From the NCBI GenBank assembly GCA_012295275.1, contig CM022673.1, forward strand, positions 3,596,001-3,660,000: DNA of 64,000 bases. Reading direction: 5' to 3'. A program made the position numbers and the translations under genes. How positions within the stretch are numbered: position 1 is the stretch's first letter; each line of letters begins with the position of its first letter. This DNA is from Chrysomallon squamiferum. Its lineage: Eukaryota > Animalia > Mollusca. Shown in pieces: positions 53,190 through 64,000 of the stretch. Under the pieces are notes generated by a model. The model was not told the origin of the DNA. It saw nothing but the letters and a program-made list of their open reading frames with translations, and made no database searches.

Positions 53190-54678
53190 GGATAAGGATG
53201 ATGATAATAATTATGGTGATTATTTTGATGATGATGATGATGATGATAGTGTTTCCCCCTATGCAGGAATAGGAGGGCAGCCCACCCTGCCGCATTTTGT
53301 CACTGCCCTTCGCCCAAAATTCAGAAAATGCCTGCCAATAATTACTGCAATATTGACTCTGTAGCTTTTAGCTCACAAAAGTTTAACTATGAGACCATGT
53401 CAATTGTGCCCTTTTGAAGACAGGTAATAATGAAAAAATGCCCCCTTTTGTCTACATATGCCCTGTCCCTTTTTCAGTCTGGGTGAAGCAATATGGCAAT
53501 TATAATAATAATAATAATAATCATAAATTGGAATAAGATAAAACAGACAATACAATAAATTTTAAATATCATATTTTAATAAAATAGTAGACATTTACTT
53601 AAAAATTCTTTAAATTCATAAAAAAAAAACTGTCACATACACATACACATATGCAAAATAAGCTCACAGTCAATGGCTGAGGTAATTAAATATGTAGCTG
53701 TGCAGAGATAAAGAGTAATACGACACAACTACAACAGGATTATATTGTGATACACAAATACATTCGTTTACTCATTGTTTTTTATTTGATACTGCTTACA
53801 CACTTAAATGTTTTATTATCTCCTTGGTAATATCAAACTGTTATATATTATTAGCTGTTAGATCAGTAGGGGATGCGTCACTGAGCAACTGCTTTTAAAA
53901 GTTGACAGATACTTTTGTGCTGTTTTAAAGTTAACTGAAAGATGGGTGTGAGATGTTTGGACAACAGTTCAAATTTCAGTATTTTACATAGTTGAGCCCC
54001 GTGCAAAGATCTAGAGTCTGTTTGACATAATAAGACAAACATGTACATTCACATTCTCCTTGATTACTACAGCTTAGTGAAAACAAACACGTTATGTCCT
54101 ATGGATTTAGAATATATTTCACACACTGACAAAAACATATACATATTTATAAACAGGAATAGTATTACAAGTTTCATATACTCACACAGACAAACATGTA
54201 TTTATAAACAGGATTACGTTTACTCATACTTACTGTTTTTGCCTTGACAGTGCTCACATACGTTACTCTTCTCATTATCTCCTGATGGTCAACAGAATCA
54301 TCAGAATCCACTGAAATAAAAATAAAAAAAGCATTAAATTTACTATCAAATAAATCAAACAGAATAGGAAAGAGGGATTAATCAGCTATTGAAAAGAAAA
54401 AAGAAAGATAATTAGATGAGTTAGTGAAACAGTGACAGAGATGACAAAGTAAAAGAATATACAGATGTTTGTGTGGAACAAGTGTAAGAATGAGTTTTGT
54501 GTGTATGTGAGTGTGATAGTGAATGCGTGTGTATAGGTATGTGAGTGTGATAGTGAATGTGTGTGTATAGGTATGTGTGAGTGTGAGTGTGGATGTGGGT
54601 GAATGTGAGCAGAAGAGAAGGGTGAGTGTTAGCCTAAGTACAGTGTATACATGCATATGACTGTGAGTGTATATGCAT

Positions 54679-54726
<48 letters not shown>

Positions 54727-57700
54727 ACTGTGCATACATATACAAATATATGTGCATATCAGTGAAGTATGTGAAAAAGTGAGAGAAGAGATAAAAAAAG
54801 AGAAGAATCAGTGAGTCTGAGAGGCAAGATGAAGGCACAGAGCAAAAGAAAGATGGAGACACGAAGGGAATGTGCAGAAATAAGAGCAACACAGGAAAGA
54901 AAGGTTAAAGGTAATTTTGTTTTAAGACTATTACAACTCTGTCATAATGTACAACCTGACAATGCATCCAGGTCACCAGCATTTTCATCTGAATCAATGT
55001 CCTGGTCGCGCTTTACATACTTCTGAAGAGCTGCAAACGCATCATTCAACTTCTGCTTAATCTGAAATTAAAACAAAATTACATACTGATAATTTCTTTT
55101 TAATATTACTTTTAATTTATTCATTTTAATTTTTGTGATATCTTTTTATTTTAATATTTTATCTTTTGAAAGATTTAAAAAAAAAAAAAAATCTTAAAAT
55201 TGGGAGCAAAAATTCCAGAAATAACATAATTTTCTGCTGACTTACAGAGCTTCTCAAGAAGGACAACTCTAAGAATATTACCTGATTCAGCTTTCTCTTG
55301 TTTACTTTTGTTGGATCTTGTTCCTGAACTGGAACCGATCTTTGTTGACCTTCTGATCCAAATCTTTTACGAAATCCACCCAGTCTGCCTCTAAATCCTG
55401 TTCCCTCATTAGACTTTAATATTAAAACAAATTCATAAATGAACACCAAATGTTTAATTATAATTTAACTATTTAACTATTTATTTAACCATATTCTCTT
55501 TTTATTTTTTTTTTCTTAATGGATATATGTCACACAGTAATATTGTTTAAAAATAAATAAATCTTAAATTATTAAGTGCAAAGATTGCTCTTTATTAACA
55601 AAATAAAAAATATTTTAGGATTTTTTAATATCACTTCAGCTAAATTTTAAACATTAAACAATTATTAATAAATAAATAAAAATTACTAACGACATATTAA
55701 ACAAATATTAACACATAAACAAAAAATACTAAATATAAATTAAAAAAACAAATATATAATACTAACCATATATTAATATATAAATAAATAACACAAACGA
55801 ACTATTAAACAAATATTAATAAACAAACAAAAAATATAACCGTATATTAAACAAATATTAATCTATACAAACAAATAATACTTACCATAGTTTTGTCTAA
55901 TGCATGTTTATCAGCATGTTTCTTCACAAAAGCGTGTGGAACGGCATAACCTTCTTCATCAACATACGCTTCATAACGGTCATCATTAAATTTGTTGAAA
56001 CCAATGGAAAGTTTGGGATCAATGTACACAGGGATATCATCACAGGTCTTAATGGAACAAAGGTTATCGGAACTGAAACTTTTGCGTAATGGAAATCGTT
56101 GAAGAGGTTTACGTGTCAGTTCATCCACAGCTGCTAAGACAATATTCCGAGGTCCAATGTCTGTTTCTTTAATTTCCTCATAATCATGCCTGACCATCTT
56201 TGGAGAGGTCTTTTCTGGCGTCGGCAGTTTTGGCCTAGTTTTGGCAGGGCTGTTTGGCTGAGAAAAACTCATGATATCAGTTGCTATGGAAAATGGACGT
56301 TTTTTTGGCAATGGGGGCCTAAAAGGTGGAGGTGGACGACAAATAACAGAGTCATCCTTTGTTTGTTGTTGTGCTTGTGCTTGCTGACTTTCAAATAATG
56401 ATGACATTCTTTCTTTAACTGATTTGAAAGAACTCTCTTCAGTGTCTTTTCTGGAAGATTCATAAATTTCATTGTCAATCAGCTCAACTTCCTTCATTTT
56501 TTTAATCTTTGTCTCAATATAGACATCATGAGCACCTGTTCGTGGTGGTTTCTGGGGTGGGAGTGGAGGCAGTGGTGCTGATGTTTCAAAAGTCTTTTTT
56601 CTTGCATCTGAAGATACACAAGATGAAGCTGAAGAAATAGGTTTCTCAGGAAGATTTAATTTCTTTGGTTTCAATGCACTTTCTGCATGTGGTGTATTTT
56701 TTGCTTTAAACTGAGTGTTACACTCAACCCAAATTGGAGTATACTCGTACTCACTGGCACAACCTATGCTGTTCTGTCGCCTTGACCTTGGCCTTGGTTT
56801 TGGTGGTTGTGAAGGTCTGGGTGGAGCTGGTGCAGATTTTGCTTGAATTATTTTACTTGATTCTTGACTCTGCTTGTTTATATTTTCAAACATTTTTCTT
56901 GCTTCTAAAACACCAGGCATTGTTCCATCAGAATCTTTTGGGCCATTTTCCTTCTCACCAAGTGAATCCATTTGCGAACCAGAAAGTTTTAAGGGCTTTT
57001 TGTCACAACTTTTGTCATTTTCTGCTTTTTTTGAATCAACATCTGCCTGGATATTAAAGACATCTTTTGTCCTTGACCTCTGACCTGTGTTGTCAGATCT
57101 TTCAAGAACAGATTGATCAGTTTTCTTGGGCTTGGCAATACACTCATTAGTCCTGGACTTCGGAACAGGCTTGTCTCTTTCAGTTGCATCTGTTACTATA
57201 GGTTTTTTTCTATCACAACCAGGCATTTCAGGCTTCACAACATTTTCACTTTTAACACACTTCACATCTGCTGTTTTCTCTTCTGCACCCTGGCCAGCTG
57301 TCAGCCATTTTGGTTTCACTGATTTTGTAACGTTTGATGAGACATCTTCTTCTTTTTTCGACTCTTGATCTTGCAAAGCATCTTTACGCTTCATCAGCCA
57401 GGGATTCACGGGGTGAGCTTCGTTTGCTGTATCTGTGTTTTCAGGACCAGAATAATGCTTTAATTTCTGCTGTGTCTTTGAAAAGTTCTGATGAACAGAA
57501 GTCGGTGGGTCTGGTGGAACAGTCACTGGTTGTTTCTTGACAGGTGTTGATCTCAGAGCCTGAGTCTGATGAGTCCCAGGCTGAGATGAACTGTTCTTAT
57601 GTTTCAGATTGACAGACGGTGAGGACTCGTGTTGTTTACCTGATTTCTGTTTTCCACCTTCGGGCTCAAATATTTTCTTAATATTCTCCATTTGACCTGC

Positions 57701-57742
57701 AGGTAAATTTCTAATACTTGGTGCATGGGTTAATTGAGCCAT
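43245..57742 (-). CDS. DENND2B: DENND2/ST5-family Rab guanine-nucleotide exchange factor, 16 coding exons, about 1,156 aa after correcting one extra base
   Basis: Exons 5'->3': 57742-55886, 55413-55282, 55061-54956, 54310-54234, 53129-52989, 49865-49789, 49272-49203, 48711-48640, 47986-47867, 47450-47388, 47015-46909, 46372-46195, 45483-45360, 44244-44125, 43912-43786, 43345-43245 (TAA). DENN motifs: QLFEYALVVGL, VPLFCFPDA, ESYHFVLTNIDGGKVYGYCRR, RPTDSRLEN, LLMERRV, LLYPFQWQHIYIPILP, PTPFLIG, VSEAFMRLFVETVGH, FTETQMFEVFI, GLGKKMRKF. The exon sum is 3,472 nt (3n+1); see the frameshift finding. Paralog label is approximate. Confidence 0.9.
44726..45391 (-). repeat. Minisatellite of 16 x 41 bp containing the DENND2 exon end and splice donor
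   Basis: Plus-strand unit TGACCTGCATCTATCTTACACATGTTGATGGCTGTTTA(T/C/A)AC starts at 44741 and every 41 bp to 45356. There are no spacers. Confidence 0.97.
51723..51760 (-). other. Candidate alternative first exon of DENND2 ending in ATG (5' limit unknown)
   Basis: The minus strand reads CGGCCATCTTTTTACTTGTAGCAAC-ATG|GTAAGC. Phase 0 matches the next exon at 49865. Confidence 0.45.
53247..53493. mobile_element. Possible degenerate MITE (hAT-like) in a DENND2 intron
   Basis: GC-richer 247-bp island in an (AAT/GAT)n tract. The left end TAGTGTTTCCCCCT matches the reverse complement of the right end TATTGCTTCACCCA at 10/14 positions; repeated TGCCC motifs; no clear TSD. Confidence 0.4.
55886..57742 (-). 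CDS. DENND2B: First coding exon of DENND2 (619 codons; Pro/Lys-rich disordered N-terminus)
   Basis: ORF 55847-57742; donor ATG|GTAAGT at 55885. The upstream acceptor TTTTTCAG at 57903 gives 160 nt of leader in the same exon. Confidence 0.85.
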
Positions 57743-58052
57743 ATTTCTAGTTTTGAATGTGACCAGACATTTTCAGTGACTGAGCACATTAGTATCTGTG
57801 ACACCATCAACATCTTATAGCCATCCAACATTTTAAAAATAATTCATGTTCCCATTTTGTTTGATTTTCTATTTTCATTTTCCATCATGTTTAGGTATGA
57901 ATCTGAAAAACAAGAAAGTAAAAACATTTATTACAAATATTTTGAAATGTTTTTTTAAATGATGCTTTTAATTAATCTATGAACAAACATGATTTATATC
58001 TAGTCTCAAGTTTCCTAAATGTCTAATGCTAAACATAACAGGCTTACTGCTT

Positions 58053-58211
<159 letters not shown>

Positions 58212-58676
58212 TTGTGTGCAGGTTACAGGGAGAAGTCGCATCTTAAAAAGTCACCTTGAAATAAATACTGTCTTCCTGTTTCAAGAACAATCAATTAACA
58301 CATTAATGAACCTTCAAAAGTAACTATGTTGATTTCATGATTTCCGAGTAATATTCTTACGAACATTGTTGATTTATGACTCTCACCAATTTATGGTCCA
58401 ATAGATTGAAAATCAAACGGGTTAACACAATGATTAATAGTATAATCGGCTATTTAATAGTGAATATAATGTCGCAATCCATGCATTCTTTCAGAACAGT
58501 CAACAGCCGAACAGGGCCAATACGGATGTCAAAGCAGCAAAACAAAAACATTTCAATCAGTCGAAATCAAAACCTAACTACAGAAATCAAATTTCACACA
58601 GAAAATTAATTTGACTTAACACAGTGATAACGATATCATTAAAAAAAAGATGAAGAAAAAAAGATACCATTCCCAC

Positions 58677-58770
58677 CTGTCTGTGATCGTTCGGGTAAAT
58701 CTAACGAACTACAACACAGAAGATGTAACACTATTTACTTCCTCTTTCTTTCGGTACAATTCAACCATGA
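58677..58770 (-). other. Candidate non-coding first exon of DENND2
   Basis: Minus-strand donor ACAG|GTGGGA at 58676 in a locally CpG-rich patch. An alternative donor AAG|GTGACT lies at 58254. The start is unknown. Confidence 0.35.
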
Positions 58771-59173
58771 TCGGTAGTTTTCGATAGTAATAACAAAATA
58801 TATATATCTAAAACTACTAGTTAAACCGCCATTGCAATTTATTTTTTGTTTTACAAAGAGAATGATATTTTTGGAAATATTTTATTTAATGTACATTTTA
58901 AAATCATGCATTTTGTTACATCTCTACAGATACACTATTTTGATCATTATTTTATTTATAAATTAATTATAGGTTATATTAGTATCATTTAGTCTTTTGT
59001 TTTAATACTTCTTTGGAATAAATTACATTACATTTATTATTAATTATTTGATTGGATATCTTTTTAATTTTTTGTCTATATTAATATTAAGCAATATTAT
59101 TTTGTTTTTATTATTATTATGTGGAAAAATATGCGTAAATATATATTGTTTTCTTGGTAATATTTTTGATAGA

Positions 59174-59194
59174 ACTTCCGTATCCGGTCTTTTC
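59174..59194 (+). promoter_or_regulatory. RPL27A core promoter: ETS-like ACTTCCG and TCT/5'TOP initiator CTTTTC
   Basis: ACTTCCG at 59174-59180. The pyrimidine tract CTTTTC at 59189-59194 lies about 20 nt before the ATG, typical of ribosomal protein genes. Confidence 0.7.
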
Positions 59195-59212
59195 GTCGTG
59201 GGATTTCCTATC

Positions 59213-61440
<2,228 letters not shown>

Positions 61441-61455
61441 ACAGTATACATAAAA

Positions 61456-61461
61456 AATAAA
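61456..61461 (+). terminator. Polyadenylation signal of RPL27A
   Basis: AATAAA 15 nt after the TAG, followed by a T/GT-rich tract. Confidence 0.7.
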
Positions 61462-62987
61462 CAAATTACAACAAATTTTATTTTATTTGCTTGTCTGTTC
61501 ATAAACTGTTGGAAATACTGTGCCTATAGTTAGTTTGTGAAAGCTTGAATTTCAATCACATTAAGTGGGTTTTTTTTTTTAAATAATGGTATCAGAAGTA
61601 TTTTGTACTTCCCAGGTCTTGTCAACCAGGTGCCAGTTCCATCATTATTTAAAAAGTTTTTGTAAGTAATAAAAGGACACTAATTGGTTTCTTCAAGAAA
61701 TTTCTTGAATTTAGAATTACAAACTGAATACATTTTATAAAGAAAAATAATTTGTTTGATATTATTAAATATATTTGGGCACAGAAAAATATTTGGTTTT
61801 AGCTGCTTTATTTGTAAACCCATTATTTAGAAAGTTGTCAGATTTATTTTTAAAAAAAATCAAAAAAACACACACACACCCCGATTTTCTTGTTAACTAC
61901 AGAATAGAATGTTCTGTATTTTTGCCAGTATCAAGTCTGTGTTTTTAATGTGGGAAATGTAATGAACGTATTTAATGGGTTATTTTTGGCTTTAATACTT
62001 TCACTCCTTTACCAGTGTTGCAAATGTCTATAAATGAAAGTATAACGCGCATGCTATTTTGTAACCCACGTCCAGTGTTACCTAGGAGCCACTTCCAAGC
62101 AGATTTGCTAAAAATAAAATGCAGAGTAAGCATTTCAGAGAAGGATATAGCAATATAAACATAAGAATTGATTTTATTATTATTGTTAACTTAATCGCCG
62201 TTTTAACAAATCACCATTTCACTTTCATTAATTTATATATGTGTATATGTATGAATATATATGTGTGCGTGCGTATGTGTTACAAAATCCTATAACGTGA
62301 TTTGTTAGTTCCATTTCGTAAAATACTACTGCCACTATTAGCTTCTTATTCTACTATAAATGCCTGGGGCAATAAATCGGTTAATTAGCCAAGTATCCTC
62401 GTGACAGTGGACATATTTTGTTTAACGCAGTATAGAGTACACATCTGATACAAGTCGTACGTGACATTTTCGCGGCCGTCTCACTAAGGAAATATTTTAC
62501 AACCGGTATTATATTTTATCACGAAACAAATACTTTTAAATTTCAGGATAATCATATAAATCTACTGAATGCTTATCTACTTCAGAAAACAACATATTAT
62601 CTATAAAAAGTAGACGGCATTATTTAAAACTTCGACAAATAATATTACAGTATTGTCGACGAGCGAAAAGTACCGGTTACCGTAGTTTATCAGATAAATC
62701 TGGTTTCGATTTCTTTAAAATTATTTCATGATAACTCGAATGGTTGTTAAATATTTATTGCTGTCAGATTTTTAAAAATTATTTTATATTTTTATTAAGC
62801 TTTTAGGTTGGTTTTTCAGTAATAAAAATTAACGAAGAGTAACATCCCTTGACAAAATAGTTTTGAAACTAGTCTATTTACAAATTGGTGGACGTGACAG
62901 ACAGATTTTATGGGCGATATGAGTAGCTTCGTGGGAGGCTTTTAACTTTGACAACTAACATGTATAAATTTCGAATTAGATGGTACA

Positions 62988-63278
62988 ATGGCCGTTTAAA
63001 ACGGTCCGCTGAAATTTACAGCCGAATGGTTCAAACTAAAAATCATTGTATCAACTTGGACAAAGTCTCTGCGACTCGTATCCGAGGGTTTACATAACGC
63101 CAGACTAAACGACTATCTTGTAAAAAGTACAAACAAAACATTTGACATGGATTCCATATGAGCATTTAAACGTTTGAAAAGTTATAAATATTTCCAGGAT
63201 GGATATGTGCAAGGGCTTATGTCCACGACCGTAAAATACCATTCTATCTGTTGTAGATTTTTGTTTACCTACAGAGCA

Positions 63279-63283
<5 letters not shown>
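62988..63283 (+). pseudogene. Decayed fragment resembling the N-terminal part of transposon-associated SWIM-finger/YqaJ-like (KolX, KolobokP-type) proteins
   Basis: Single frame MAV*NGPLKFTAEWFKLKIIVSTWTKSLRLVSEGLHNARLNDYLVKSTNKTFDMDSI*AFKRLKSYKYFQDGYVQGL...FLFTYRAQC, with two stops, ending at a (GT)n tract. Family recalled from the YLV..S...D..S..A.K.LK.Y.YF.DG.V motif. Confidence 0.5.
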
Positions 63284-63325
<42 letters not shown>

Positions 63326-63384
63326 AAGTGCATAATATATTTATATATGCACTTAAGACCTGGCTCTAACCCTTCGTATGGTTG

Positions 63385-63421
<37 letters not shown>

Positions 63422-64000
63422 TGTATTTATAATTTTTTATGTATACATAAGCGTAATATTAATGTCCATAAATGCTGTTATCCAGCCTGCTATCGTCCCA
63501 CCTACAAAAATGTTTTCTTGTGTACACACACATAGCATAATGGAAAAACCACCTCTCAAAACAATTCAGGTCCAGATCAAGGGGTAGCAGGTGCCCCTCC
63601 CTCACAGATGCACTACAAACATTGGCAAGCACTTGTTTGTTCAACAAGTCTTTGTAGTGATATCATTTACCACCAGAGTATTTACAGCTTTGTTGCAGAC
63701 ACATCTCTGACTGAACACTGACAGCATGGTGACACACTATATTTAACAAACAAAACATACATTAACATGATTAATTAAATCTTTTGTTAATGAAGGAAAT
63801 GTGAGCTACTGATTTCCTTACAGTTATACATACTTTATGCTTTAAAAAAAAAACCTCTATAAATAAACCATTTATTTTGGAGTAACATATAATTGTTATA
63901 TTGAAAATTGTACCTGTACTCATGTACTCACACAAACACCTACATACCTGTACAACCCCCACAAAGTATTTGTGACTTCACGCAACAAACAACTCAACTA

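Overview
AT-rich, intron-rich animal genomic DNA, most likely a mollusc/lophotrochozoan (inferred from MetaSINE-like fragments and protein divergence). It is not prokaryotic, and most short ORFs in the track are microsatellite artefacts. I assembled three genes by hand from GT-AG boundaries with phase checks. (1) A PLEKHA5/6/7-family gene (+ strand; 28 coding exons, 7091-30470; about 2,300 aa; the 5' WW exons lie outside the window) with a very large disordered insert containing a 13-aa repeat. (2) A DENND2/ST5-family Rab GEF gene (- strand; 16 coding exons, 57742-43245), convergent with it. (3) RPL27A (+ strand; 5 exons, 59213-61440), divergent from DENND2. The most unusual signal is a 16 x 41-bp minisatellite built from the end of a DENND2 exon plus its splice donor. 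It gives 16 identical 5' splice sites, of which only the first avoids a premature stop. Also found: a +1 frameshift in the next DENND2 exon, candidate alternative first exons in both large genes, an uATG-dense DENND2 leader, H/ACA-like hairpins in RPL27A intron 4, possible ancient RPL27A-DENND2 linkage and a decayed transposon-protein fragment. All homology calls are from recalled motifs; no database search was run.
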